This document shows positions 1-8,850 of a DNA stretch of 64,000 nucleotides, one piece after another. The translations under genes were made by a program, and so were the position numbers. The notes below the pieces were generated by a model. That model had not been told where the DNA came from and searched no databases. It was given only the letters and a program-made list of their open reading frames with translations. The stretch lies in the NCBI GenBank assembly GCA_037129835.1, contig JBAXUE010000005.1, positions 13,975 to 77,974 of the forward strand. The letters run 5' to 3'. The stretch comes from a bacterium. GTDB lineage: Bacteria; Patescibacteriota; CPR2; UBA1875; CAIMLA01. How positions within the stretch are numbered: the first letter of the stretch is position 1; each line of letters begins with the position of its first letter.

Positions 1-504
1 TTCGATTAATTCACCGGCCGCTGTGTAAGTAAAAGTACGCAAAGGATTAATACTATCACCTGATAGGTCCTTGGTGATGTTACTAGATTTACCGGCTCTA
101 TAGAGATAGGCTTCCGCCTTGCCAGTCTGTGTTACGTAAATAACGCTATCAGAGATAACTGCAAGTACTGCATTGATGTTATTAAGCCAGCCGATATTTC
201 CCTGATGGGTAATTTCTGCTAAGCTTTCGTTTATCTTGGTAAGAGCAATTTCAAAACTAGACATAGGGTCTCTGTTTAGATCGAGGTAAAATTCACTGTG
301 GAAGGCGTCTGTGATAACCTCTGCGACTTCTTCAGCACTTTCAGACGAAGCTTTCACATTTATTAATGCATAAATAGAGCCATGATTTCTCTCATCGCCA
401 TCGTTTGGAATATGTTCGTAAGCAACCGCGATACCTTGGTGCTTGCGACCTCTTTTTGATTCGCTAAGAATCTTTGCAGTTCTAGCGATTAGTTTTTTTC
501 GCAT
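1..504 (-). CDS. PP2C/PPM-like domain protein, partial (continues beyond left edge)
   Basis: Minus-strand ORF read by hand (ATG at 504..502, AAGG 8 nt upstream). Its translation contains a ...NAVLAVISDSVIYVTQTGKAEAYLYRAGK... segment resembling the PPM motif GSTAvv..vaNvGDSRayl. Catalytic residues look degenerate. Not in the ORF track because it runs off the window. Confidence 0.35.
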   Translation of the reverse strand, partial: MRKKLIARTAKILSESKRGRKHQGIAVAYEHIPNDGDERNHGSIYALINVKASSESAEEVAEVITDAFHSEFYLDLNRDPMSSFEIALTKINESLAEITHQGNIGWLNNINAVLAVISDSVIYVTQTGKAEAYLYRAGKSSNITKDLSGDSINPLRTFTYTAAGELIE

Positions 505-671
505 TAGTAAGGCCTTAATACTTGTCAAACTATAACATTTTTATATGTGTTTGACAAATATTTATTAACTTTTAATTAATTCTATTGCCTCTTTGAATAT
601 TGAGTGTAAGATGATGTCACGAAGGTGTCATTCCTTAGTTCCTACTAGATGATCCGGGAAGGGAGATCACG

Positions 672-1535
672 ATGAAAGAGGTAAATCTCTGCGTCGATGG
701 TGTTCGAATCCTGGCGAGCAGTCAGGGGGTCAAAATAGAATCCGTCAAGGATTCAACCAAATATTTTCATCTGGATTACGATTGGATTACGTTGCTTGTG
801 GTCAACGAAGAAATAGTTGACCGCTTTCTCAGGGCCGTCGATGATGGCCTAGCGACAACGCTGTATCTCGGATATGAGCCAAGCGAAAAAGAGCTCAAGG
901 AAGGGATTCTGCCAGAAACTCCGATGCTTACCTTGCATGTCTGCAAGGATAAGACGTGGAGATTCGGCTTCGTCGATCGACCTAGTCGAAAGATGTCGCG
1001 ACGAAGGCAATGGTTGAGAGTAGATGGAATGCGGTTTTTCAGCATTCTCTTTGCTGCCATCGGCTATCGCTACGAGAACACTGTAGTCGACACTGAAACA
1101 GCGAAGCTCAGTCAGATGTTTTGGATTGTCACCGGCCATCATAGTGATCCGGCGATGGAGTACGTCATCAACCCGCGGGCAATGCTCTTTGAGTATTCTC
1201 CGGGAGACAAGATCGCTATTCAGCGCGACAAGGGCGACTTCTGGGAAAACATCGCAGATCTTTGCGAGGTTATCACGGACAGTGATATTTCAAGTTCGGT
1301 CATGGATTACCAACCGGACGAAGAACTCTCTACAAGCACTGTCAATGTCGTTAAGATAAGCGACAGTGTTCTCAGTATTGAGCTTTTGGATGGCGACTTC
1401 CTTTGGGACTCGATTGAGTTTCCCATCGAGTCCTTGCAGATGTTCAATGTGATAAAGCCGAGGTTTTGGCCTCAGTCGAGCGGATCTACTGTCACCTTCA
1501 GCTTCATTGACGAAGATGACGACGACTCAATCTAG
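672..1535 (+). CDS. hypothetical protein (GC-rich island, acidic C-terminus)
   Basis: 287-aa ORF with GGGAGAT RBS 6 nt upstream. Local GC ~50% versus ~35% for flanks. No recognisable motifs. Confidence 0.5.
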   Translation: MKEVNLCVDGVRILASSQGVKIESVKDSTKYFHLDYDWITLLVVNEEIVDRFLRAVDDGLATTLYLGYEPSEKELKEGILPETPMLTLHVCKDKTWRFGFVDRPSRKMSRRRQWLRVDGMRFFSILFAAIGYRYENTVVDTETAKLSQMFWIVTGHHSDPAMEYVINPRAMLFEYSPGDKIAIQRDKGDFWENIADLCEVITDSDISSSVMDYQPDEELSTSTVNVVKISDSVLSIELLDGDFLWDSIEFPIESLQMFNVIKPRFWPQSSGSTVTFSFIDEDDDDSI

Positions 1536-1583
1536 AGAGGGGGTATCTACTTTTGTAAAAGTTGCGTCACTCTGAAGGGGGAG

Positions 1584-1811
1584 GTGTTTCGGTTGGATTC
1601 CACGTATAATCTGGTTCTGTTCGGTTCGTTTTTACTGTTTCTGGCCGTTGTGACCGTCGGTATCACTCTGCTTTTCAAGCGGAGTGAGAGGTGCAGCGAG
1701 ATCGAAGGCGACTTCGATCAGCTCTATCCGGCCGATCTGGACGATGTTGAGGACCAGTTGTCACCAATGGCGGCTTTTATGCCGGCGGTATCTACTAGCC
1801 CTCATCGCTAG
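1584..1811 (+). CDS. small hypothetical membrane protein
   Basis: GTG start preceded by AAGGGGGAGG. One hydrophobic helix (LVLFGSFLLFLAVVTVGITLLF). Co-oriented with 672..1535 in the same GC-rich island. Confidence 0.3.
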   Translation: MFRLDSTYNLVLFGSFLLFLAVVTVGITLLFKRSERCSEIEGDFDQLYPADLDDVEDQLSPMAAFMPAVSTSPHR

Positions 1812-1933
1812 GTCTGTAACATTCATTCTTGCCTCGCGAAAGGAGGTAATACGCCCGGGATATCGCGTTAGCGGTACCCGGGTTTTGGTTTTGTATACTA
1901 GTTTTGTATATCAAAAAATACTAGAATATTATT

Positions 1934-2302
1934 ATGAATTATTATCGTTCGAACGAAGTGATAATTAAAACTTCGGACAATAGTTCTCGGCCGTACACTC
2001 GAACAATAACAAAAAGACAACACCCTAATTATTGTTCGAACGAAGTGAGAACTAAAAAATGGCATTGGTATGTCTACATTTTGGAATGTCTAGACGGTCT
2101 TTATTACACTGGAATGACATGGAACGTTGAAAATCGATTGGAACAACATTCTCTGGGTTTCGGCTCTAAGTTTACATCCAAACATGGGTTTAGGCAGATT
2201 CGGTATGTTGAAGAATTTTCAGATATTACTTCTGCTCGGGAAAGAGAAGTCCAACTAAAAGACTTTAGTCGTAAAAAGAAAGAAGGACTTTGGAATAATT
2301 AA
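1934..2302 (+). CDS. GIY-YIG nuclease superfamily protein (YhbQ/UPF0213-like); true start probably internal (GTG 2045)
   Basis: YVYILECLDGLYYTGMT...RLEQH matches the GIY-YIG core. The first 37 codons run through two copies of a non-coding repeat motif (YRSNEV twice), so the ~86-aa product from GTG 2045 is more plausible. Confidence 0.65.
   Translation: MNYYRSNEVIIKTSDNSSRPYTRTITKRQHPNYCSNEVRTKKWHWYVYILECLDGLYYTGMTWNVENRLEQHSLGFGSKFTSKHGFRQIRYVEEFSDITSAREREVQLKDFSRKKKEGLWNN
1944..1970. repeat. ATCGTTCGAAC-GAAGTGATAATTAAAA motif copy (GTTCGAAC palindrome family)
   Basis: Direct reading. Related to copies at 2031, 2343, 14463, 44780, 45328, 45429 and 45743. Confidence 0.6.
2031..2058. promoter_or_regulatory. 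ATTGTTCGAAC-GAAGTGAGAACTAAAAA motif copy, ends ~2 nt before an ATG
   Basis: Same family. Half-palindrome CGAACAATAAC also present at 2000..2010. Confidence 0.45.
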
Positions 2303-2342
2303 GGAGTAGTTCTCAGCCGCATACTAGAACAATAATATATTT

Positions 2343-2370
2343 ATCGTTCGAACTACGTGAGAACTAAATC
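2343..2370. promoter_or_regulatory. ATCGTTCGAAC-TAC-GTGAGAACTAAATC motif copy, ends 4 nt before the start of ORF 2374
   Basis: Same family. Inverted partner AGTTCTCAG at 2307..2315. Confidence 0.45.
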
Positions 2371-2373
2371 AGA

Positions 2374-2634
2374 ATGACGAGAAACATGTACACAGATATA
2401 AATAAAAAAATAAAAGTAATCGCGTTGTTTGAAAATGGGAAAATAATTCCCAAGATTTTTAGGTGGCAAAATCGTGATTACAAAATCAAAGAGATCAGCT
2501 TGGCTTATCAGGAGAGAGAAGGTCGGTCGATAAATTATTTTTTCGGCGTTGAGACTGAGGACGGCAACGTTATGAAGCTTCGCTACAATGACGAGAAGCT
2601 TACTTGGTGGCTGCTAGAGACTTGGGTAGACTAA
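2374..2634 (+). CDS. hypothetical protein (86 aa)
   Basis: ORF directly downstream of the repeat motif. No recognisable family. Sits immediately upstream of the ATP-grasp gene. Confidence 0.5.
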   Translation: MTRNMYTDINKKIKVIALFENGKIIPKIFRWQNRDYKIKEISLAYQEREGRSINYFFGVETEDGNVMKLRYNDEKLTWWLLETWVD

Positions 2635-2664
2635 TACTTTAAAATTCTTTGTAGCTCGTATATC

Positions 2665-3972
2665 ATGACTTGTATGGATCCATTAATTTATCAAAAAGTA
2701 GGTACGGAAAAAGATAAGACATATTTCTTAACATCTTTGACTAATCGGTTTGATTTTGTTACTGACATGTTTCGCAAAGAGCTAGAGATTAGGTACGGTG
2801 GCTTGTTTGAGCCTATATATATTTATCAAAATTATCCAGCACCCAAATACGAAAAAAATAATTACATAGTCGTTAATGGGAAATTGGGAAACAAAAAATC
2901 GTTTATAGTTGGCGAAGAATATGAAGATCTTAATATCTACTTAAGTAACTCACGGCAATTTAGTTTTTTAATTGATAATATCTTGACGAATCAAGACAAA
3001 ATATTTATGGTTGGTTTCACTAATTCTTTTCTAAACATCGATTGCGATAAGATTATATATGTTGGCCCGAAACCTAAAATAGCCACATATTTTGATAATA
3101 AACTGGAGCAATTGAAGCTATTTCAAAAAATTGGTGTTAGCCATCCACAATTTCGGTTTTATGACGATATTAATCAATTGGAAAAAGAAAAATTTCCTTT
3201 ATATCTAACTTCTTGTTTTTCTAGCGGTGGAATTGAATCTGGTTTAATAAATAACTACCATGAGGCAAAAAAATTTGTTTCTACTTGGCGTGAATATACC
3301 AAAGATAAAATAATAGTAACCGAGCTTATAGATGGGGCAGAATACTTTCCTAATTCGGTAGCAATTGTTGATAAAGAAAAGGCAGTATCACTTATAGTTT
3401 CTGACCAGATTTTATCTGGGAATGCCTATATTGGAAATATTTTTCCTAGTAAGCTCTCAAGAGAAGTTGTATCGAATATACATAAAATGACTGAGAAAAT
3501 TGGCGAACACCTAAGACTACAAGGATATCGAGGTATGTTTGGGTGTGATTTTATTGTCAAGGGTGAAGAAATTACTGTTCATGATTTAAACCCTCGTCAC
3601 CAAGGGGGTTATTTGATTAATAATCTTCAATATATACATAATGAATTAGTGAGGGCAGAAATATCGACCAGCCTAGATGAAGTAGTTTTAATCGAGAGAA
3701 AAAAGGTAACGTCTGCATATTTCCTGGCTCATATTAAGGTTAAGCTCCATGACAGAAAAGAGCACGTGCTTCTTAGTGAAGTTAATATTAATTCTGAAAA
3801 TACACCAACCACTGAAATTGGTAAAGAATATATGACGTCATTCTATAAACAGGGCTATAAGATCCAAGATACCTATCCAGGATATCTGATAAAATCCGGA
3901 AATAATTATGAGAGCCTAATCGATGAAATAAAAAAAGATGCCGAAAGGCACTTAAATGAGTTGGTGGATTAA
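2665..3972 (+). CDS. ATP-grasp superfamily protein (carboxylate-amine/peptide ligase-like)
   Basis: IVTELIDGAEYFPNSVAIVD and GMFGCDFIVKGEEITVHDLNPR resemble the ATP-grasp central and C-terminal motifs (E-x-i-x-G, G-x-x-G-v-D-f-i, NPR). Confidence 0.6.
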   Translation: MTCMDPLIYQKVGTEKDKTYFLTSLTNRFDFVTDMFRKELEIRYGGLFEPIYIYQNYPAPKYEKNNYIVVNGKLGNKKSFIVGEEYEDLNIYLSNSRQFSFLIDNILTNQDKIFMVGFTNSFLNIDCDKIIYVGPKPKIATYFDNKLEQLKLFQKIGVSHPQFRFYDDINQLEKEKFPLYLTSCFSSGGIESGLINNYHEAKKFVSTWREYTKDKIIVTELIDGAEYFPNSVAIVDKEKAVSLIVSDQILSGNAYIGNIFPSKLSREVVSNIHKMTEKIGEHLRLQGYRGMFGCDFIVKGEEITVHDLNPRHQGGYLINNLQYIHNELVRAEISTSLDEVVLIERKKVTSAYFLAHIKVKLHDRKEHVLLSEVNINSENTPTTEIGKEYMTSFYKQGYKIQDTYPGYLIKSGNNYESLIDEIKKDAERHLNELVD

Positions 3973-3975
3973 TAA

Positions 3976-4317
3976 ATGAGTATTTGGAAAAATCATCGCA
4001 AAGAACCATATTATACCTTTGTAAAAAATGGTCAAAAGACCGTAGAGGGTCGTTTGATTAAAGGTAAATATGCAGAGATGAATGTCGGAGATCATATTGT
4101 CGTCCAAAAAGAGGACGAGAGCGAAAGCTTTGAAGTTGAGATTACTGCTCTTAATAAATATTTAACCTTCCGCGATATGCTCATGAGTGAAGGACTTACA
4201 AATGTTCTGCCTGACGCTGGTGACGTAGATGACGGTGTTTCTATTTATCGCCAGTTTTATACCAAAGAACAAGAAGTAGAATATGGTGTTATTGCGATAA
4301 AAGTTATCTTAGTTTAA
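3976..4317 (+). CDS. ASCH domain protein (YqfB-like, possible N4-acetylcytidine amidohydrolase family)
   Basis: GQKTVEGRL...GDHIVV...FEVEITAL...IYRQFYTKEQEVEYGVIAIKVI mirrors E. coli YqfB (KTITIRD...GDVLRV...TIEVTAT...IYPGQTQFYVIEFK). Confidence 0.6.
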   Translation: MSIWKNHRKEPYYTFVKNGQKTVEGRLIKGKYAEMNVGDHIVVQKEDESESFEVEITALNKYLTFRDMLMSEGLTNVLPDAGDVDDGVSIYRQFYTKEQEVEYGVIAIKVILV

Positions 4318-4372
4318 TTGTTTTGTTTTAATACATTTGTTATTATCAAATAGTAATAATAAGGAGATAGAT

Positions 4373-4906
4373 ATGCCACCAGAGAATCCGTTTGACCCAT
4401 CGCAACAAACCGCGGAAGCGGATGAGAAAAAAATAAAACAACAGGCACAAATTGATGAAATGGCTAGTGACCTCCATGAGGAATGGAGAGCTCCACGGAA
4501 ACAGGAAGACGGTACTTATGAGCCAAGAATGAAAGAAACCCGTGATCAGGCTTGGATTGAGAGAACTGGAGCTGAAACACGTCTTGATGATCGGGGTCGA
4601 GTTACATCAGAAGTTGATATAGCCAATACGGAATACAAAGATTTGCCAAGCGAATGGCAGGCGGAAAATAAAGTTTCTGCGGAAGTCTCCTTGGATTTGG
4701 TAAATATTGCAATTGAAGCTGGGAAGCCCCTTGACGAGGGACTTATCGAGGATGTGAGCGCCGTAGTTCACGAAAAGTGGTTAGAAAGAAATGGTGAATG
4801 GGCACCCGAGGAACAGAAAAAGCCTTATTCTGAATTGTCTGAGGAAGAAAAAGAAAAAGACAGAATCTTCATTCGAAAAGCGATTACAATAGCGACAAAA
4901 GAATAA
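4373..4906 (+). CDS. hypothetical acidic protein
   Basis: ATG at 4373 with AAGGAG 6 nt upstream. The track start at 4337 has no RBS. E/K-rich, no motifs. Confidence 0.5.
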   Translation: MPPENPFDPSQQTAEADEKKIKQQAQIDEMASDLHEEWRAPRKQEDGTYEPRMKETRDQAWIERTGAETRLDDRGRVTSEVDIANTEYKDLPSEWQAENKVSAEVSLDLVNIAIEAGKPLDEGLIEDVSAVVHEKWLERNGEWAPEEQKKPYSELSEEEKEKDRIFIRKAITIATKE

Positions 4907-4940
4907 GTTACTGTAATTATTATAAATTGTGTTTACTAGA

Positions 4941-4972
4941 AAATTCTCGCATAAAAAACGAGAATTTTTTTA
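4941..4972 (+). terminator. rho-independent terminator
   Basis: AAATTCTCG-cataaaaaa-CGAGAATTT hairpin followed by TTTTT. Confidence 0.55.
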
Positions 4973-5164
4973 TGAGAACGATACTTCTTATAGACATGAA
5001 CCCCTACCTTGCTACCCGTTGACTGGGGCTGAGAGATTTGGTAGTGGTTTATTATTAAGGTTACTTTTATAGACACAAATGGTAAACGGTGTTAGATTAA
5101 CCATTGCAGTGAATGTTAGTATCTTGAAAACTTTTTTCTTATCCGAACAACCCTAGGAGGGTTT

Positions 5165-7492
5165 ATGTCTGACAAGCTTCCGATCGACGCTTATGAGAAA
5201 GAAATCAAGGAAGCAGTCATGGCCCATCAGGTTGTGATTGTTGAAAGTCCTACTGGCTCAGGCAAGACGACTCGTATTCCTCGCTTTTTGTTAGGGATAG
5301 AGGGTCTGTCAAGTCTGGGCATGATCGGCGTTACGGAGCCAAGGAAAAACGCCACGACCTGGGTAGCACATTTTGTAGCTACTGAGCTCGGGGTGGAAGT
5401 TGGCGAAGAGGTGGGTCATCAGATCCGTTTCAATCGTAGGGTCGGTCCTCAGACGAAGATCAAGTTCATGACAGATGGAATACTACTACGAGAGATTCAG
5501 GAGGATCGTTTTCTCCGGGCCTATTCTGCAATCGTTGTAGATGAGGCTCATGAGAGAAGTCAGAATATCGACTTCATCTTGGGATTGCTGAAAAGCGTTC
5601 TGGTGAAGCGCCTTGACCTCAAGGTCATCGTGACGTCTGCCACTATCGACACAAAGAAGTTTTCGAACTTCTTCGACGGGGCACCGGTCATCAAGGTTCC
5701 GGGGCGTCTCTATCCGGTAGAAGTAATCTATCGGCCGGTGACACTGCCCCAGGACAAGCAGAAGTGGTCGGAAACATACACCACTGCTGCTGCAAGGCTG
5801 GTTCGTGAAATACACCAGCATCAGGCGAAAGGTGATATCCTCGTCTTTATGCCAGGTCTGGATGACATCAACTTGACGATAACCACGCTCGAGGAGATGA
5901 AACTAGCGGGGCTGGAAATCTTCTCTGCTCATAGTGATATGTCAGCAGAAGATATGAACAGGATTCACGAAGACTATCCAGGACGACGAAAAGTAATTGT
6001 TGGAACCAACATCCTGGAGACAAGTGTCACAGTTGACGGACTGGTCTACGAGATAGACTCTGGCTTTGTGAAGCTGGCAGGATACGATACTCTTTTGGGT
6101 CTCGCCTCTCTAATCAGAGTCGAACATTCCCAAATGGGTTGTCTGCAACGTACCGGACGAGTGGGTCGAACCCAAGCCGGTTACTGCTATCGCCTCTTCT
6201 CAGAAGCAAATTTCCTCGCAAGACAGATACACACTTTGCCCGAGATTCTCCGTACGGAGTTGGCTTCTGTGTTACTGTCGATGAAGTCTCTCGGGATACA
6301 CAATGTACGCAAGTTTGATTTTGTAGATTCACCAGACAAAGTGTCTCTACAAATCGCTCACAAGACTCTGGCGAGACTCGGAGCTATACAGCTAGGGGGT
6401 AATCTGACAACTGTCGGAACCCTCATGGCGAAGCTACCTGTCGAACCTCAGTCAAGTGCCATGATCATCGCTGGCGATGCACGTGGCTGCCTTGATGAGA
6501 TATTGACCGTGGTCGCTTTTAGATCACTTGGCCGATTGTTTCATCGTCCCAGGGGAAAAGAAGAACAGGCAGACAAGGCCAAGCAACAGTTCGTTGTTCA
6601 AGGCTCAGACTACCTTACTTCGCTCAAAGTCTGGAATCACTTCCTCGTAAACCACAAAAGTCGCATCTGGGCCAGAGATCATTTTCTCAACTACCATCTC
6701 CTGTGTGAGGTGGGGTTGCTGCGAGAGCAGCTGACCAAGGAGCTGATAGCAAGTGGCTTCGAGATCACGAGTAACCCAGACCCGATACAGATTGCCAAGT
6801 GCATTACCGTAGGTCTCATCGAGAACGTCTGTAAACGTAACGGGTCAAAGAGCTTTAGGTACACAAACGGGACGAATGGTTTATACGTCTTCCCGGGATC
6901 GGTGGTTTGGGGGAGTAATCCTCGTATGTTCGTCTGTAATCAGATCCGCAACAATGGCTCTAAGTCATATGGTGTGGACTGTCAGGCGATAAAACCCGAG
7001 TGGCTCTATGAAGTCGCTTCACACCTCTGTACTAATGTGATAGAGGCAGGAGGAATAACTTACGACACAGTGGCAAATGCCTATACTGTGACAAGTAGGG
7101 TACATTTCGATGGACTGGGGCGTATTTGTAGTCTTGAAACTACAAGCTACCCAGGAGATCCGGATCACCAGAAGCTACGGCGTCTCTATGCAAGAGATAT
7201 AGCCTGGGAGAGTTTTCTGGGCGCTTATCCCGAAATGCTGGTTTTCCCAGGTTCAAGTAAGGACTTCGACGTAGGCGATCCGCAAGTGATCATAGAGACT
7301 GATTCTAGTCTCGAGCACCCGTGTATCGAGGTTCTCGGTTACCCGTATGTTCGTCAAGAACTTCATCCTGACGGATCTACAAAATATCTTCAGGGTTTCA
7401 CCAAGTATGAGCCGACGGCAACAGAATATACCCGTCTTGCCAAGAAGGCTTGGGAACTCTCAGAATCGCCACGGGCGAATAAAGTCGGATAA
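5165..7492 (+). CDS. ATP-dependent DEAH-box helicase, HrpA/HrpB family
   Basis: AGGAGG RBS. Motifs SPTGSGKTT (Walker A), VVDEAHERS (DEAH), TSATID. 775 aa is closer to HrpB length. Confidence 0.8.
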   Translation: MSDKLPIDAYEKEIKEAVMAHQVVIVESPTGSGKTTRIPRFLLGIEGLSSLGMIGVTEPRKNATTWVAHFVATELGVEVGEEVGHQIRFNRRVGPQTKIKFMTDGILLREIQEDRFLRAYSAIVVDEAHERSQNIDFILGLLKSVLVKRLDLKVIVTSATIDTKKFSNFFDGAPVIKVPGRLYPVEVIYRPVTLPQDKQKWSETYTTAAARLVREIHQHQAKGDILVFMPGLDDINLTITTLEEMKLAGLEIFSAHSDMSAEDMNRIHEDYPGRRKVIVGTNILETSVTVDGLVYEIDSGFVKLAGYDTLLGLASLIRVEHSQMGCLQRTGRVGRTQAGYCYRLFSEANFLARQIHTLPEILRTELASVLLSMKSLGIHNVRKFDFVDSPDKVSLQIAHKTLARLGAIQLGGNLTTVGTLMAKLPVEPQSSAMIIAGDARGCLDEILTVVAFRSLGRLFHRPRGKEEQADKAKQQFVVQGSDYLTSLKVWNHFLVNHKSRIWARDHFLNYHLLCEVGLLREQLTKELIASGFEITSNPDPIQIAKCITVGLIENVCKRNGSKSFRYTNGTNGLYVFPGSVVWGSNPRMFVCNQIRNNGSKSYGVDCQAIKPEWLYEVASHLCTNVIEAGGITYDTVANAYTVTSRVHFDGLGRICSLETTSYPGDPDHQKLRRLYARDIAWESFLGAYPEMLVFPGSSKDFDVGDPQVIIETDSSLEHPCIEVLGYPYVRQELHPDGSTKYLQGFTKYEPTATEYTRLAKKAWELSESPRANKVG

Positions 7493-7512
7493 GAAAGGAG
7501 TACATGAACGGT

Positions 7513-7545
7513 GGGGTCCTCTATGGGCCCCGCCGTTTTTCTTTT
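7513..7545 (+). terminator. rho-independent terminator
   Basis: GGGGTCC-tctat-GGGCCCC stem (one G-U pair) then GCCGTTTTTCTTTT. Confidence 0.5.
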
Positions 7546-7586
7546 GTATACTAATATTGTCAACGTACGTATATTACAATATCTCT

Positions 7587-8798
7587 ATGAGACAAATATT
7601 ACATATAGATATGAACTCTTACTTTGCGACGGTCGAGCAACAAGCGAATCCCAAACTTCGTGGTAAGCCAGTGGCAGTTCTCGGGAGTAAAGCAAAAAGG
7701 ACGATAATAGTAGCGGCCAGTGTAGAAGCGAAGAAATTTGGAGTCAAAACCGGTACCAAAATAGAAGATGCTCCGAAGCTTTGCCCTGATATTATATTTG
7801 TTCACGGGGAACAACGAAAATATTCTTGGGTTACGAAAAAGTTTATTGAAATCTTTGAAGATTATACTGATAAGGTGGAGATTTTTTCAATAGACGAAGC
7901 ATTTTTAGATGTAACGGCTACGGAAAAGATATACGGCGGCGTCGAGATAATAGCAAAAGAGATAAAGCGTAGAATCAAAAAAGAAATCGGTGAATATATT
8001 ACTTGTTCTGTCGGTATTTCTCACAATAAGTTTCTAGCAAAGACTGGTAGCGACCTCAAAAAACCAGACGGACTTACCATTATTAACATGGAGAATAAAG
8101 ATGAGATATTGCTTTCACTTCCACTCCATGAATTTTGTGGTATTGGTAGAAGGATCCGGTCTCGCTTATCTATGCTAGGAGTCGAAAATACTCAGCAACT
8201 TCGTGACTATTCCAACATACTTCTAAATAAAGAATTTGGTATTGCTACAGGCGAAAAATTGAAGAGAATGGCGCATGGTATGGATAGTTCACCGGTGATT
8301 TCTCGGCACGATAGGGCTGACGCGAAGTCATATGGACACTCAAGAACCCTGAATAAAAACGTCACCGATAGAAATGAGATAAGAAAGCACATTCTCTTAC
8401 TTTCAGAAAAGATAGGCACTAGGATGCGTAAAGACGGTATGATGGGCCGCGAGGTGGGTATCTGGCTTCGATACGGAGACTTTGGAGGATCAGGTGAACG
8501 ACATCGCGGTGGTAAGTGGACCCATGACGAACTAGAAATATATGATTCAGCTTCAAAAATACTAGCTAAAATCAAACTACGAGCACCTGTTCGGGCTATC
8601 GGGGTCTATATTTCGCAGGTACAGAGGAATAACCATGTATCTACTAGTCTTTTGGATGACGATAAAATAAACGACAAAATACTTGCCACTATGGATGCAG
8701 TGAATAATAGATTTGGCGAATCCGTGGTAACTCGTGCTCGTCTTGCTGGCACTAAGTTAAAAGTGATAGTTTCTGGAATGGGAAGAGATAAGTTCTGA
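7587..8798 (+). CDS. dinB: DNA polymerase IV
   Basis: MRQILHIDMNSYFATVEQ...SIDEAFLDVT matches the Y-family polymerase N-terminus. The track ORF begins at 7347, but the conserved start is the ATG at 7587. Confidence 0.8.
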   Translation: MRQILHIDMNSYFATVEQQANPKLRGKPVAVLGSKAKRTIIVAASVEAKKFGVKTGTKIEDAPKLCPDIIFVHGEQRKYSWVTKKFIEIFEDYTDKVEIFSIDEAFLDVTATEKIYGGVEIIAKEIKRRIKKEIGEYITCSVGISHNKFLAKTGSDLKKPDGLTIINMENKDEILLSLPLHEFCGIGRRIRSRLSMLGVENTQQLRDYSNILLNKEFGIATGEKLKRMAHGMDSSPVISRHDRADAKSYGHSRTLNKNVTDRNEIRKHILLLSEKIGTRMRKDGMMGREVGIWLRYGDFGGSGERHRGGKWTHDELEIYDSASKILAKIKLRAPVRAIGVYISQVQRNNHVSTSLLDDDKINDKILATMDAVNNRFGESVVTRARLAGTKLKVIVSGMGRDKF

Positions 8799-8850
8799 CG
8801 ATAAAATAAATTATTAGCTCAAAATCATTCTGTTTGCTAGAATTAGTAAG

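Noticed and set aside
7347-7586. Track ORF extends dinB 80 codons upstream
   Set aside because: The extension is Arg-rich and low-complexity and overlaps the hrpA terminator hairpin. The conserved Pol IV N-terminus (MRQILHIDMNSYFA) begins at the ATG at 7587.
5165-8798. HrpA-like helicase plus DinB as a functional damage-response pair
   Set aside because: Adjacency alone. A terminator separates them, and there is no LexA box, so there is no evidence of coupling.
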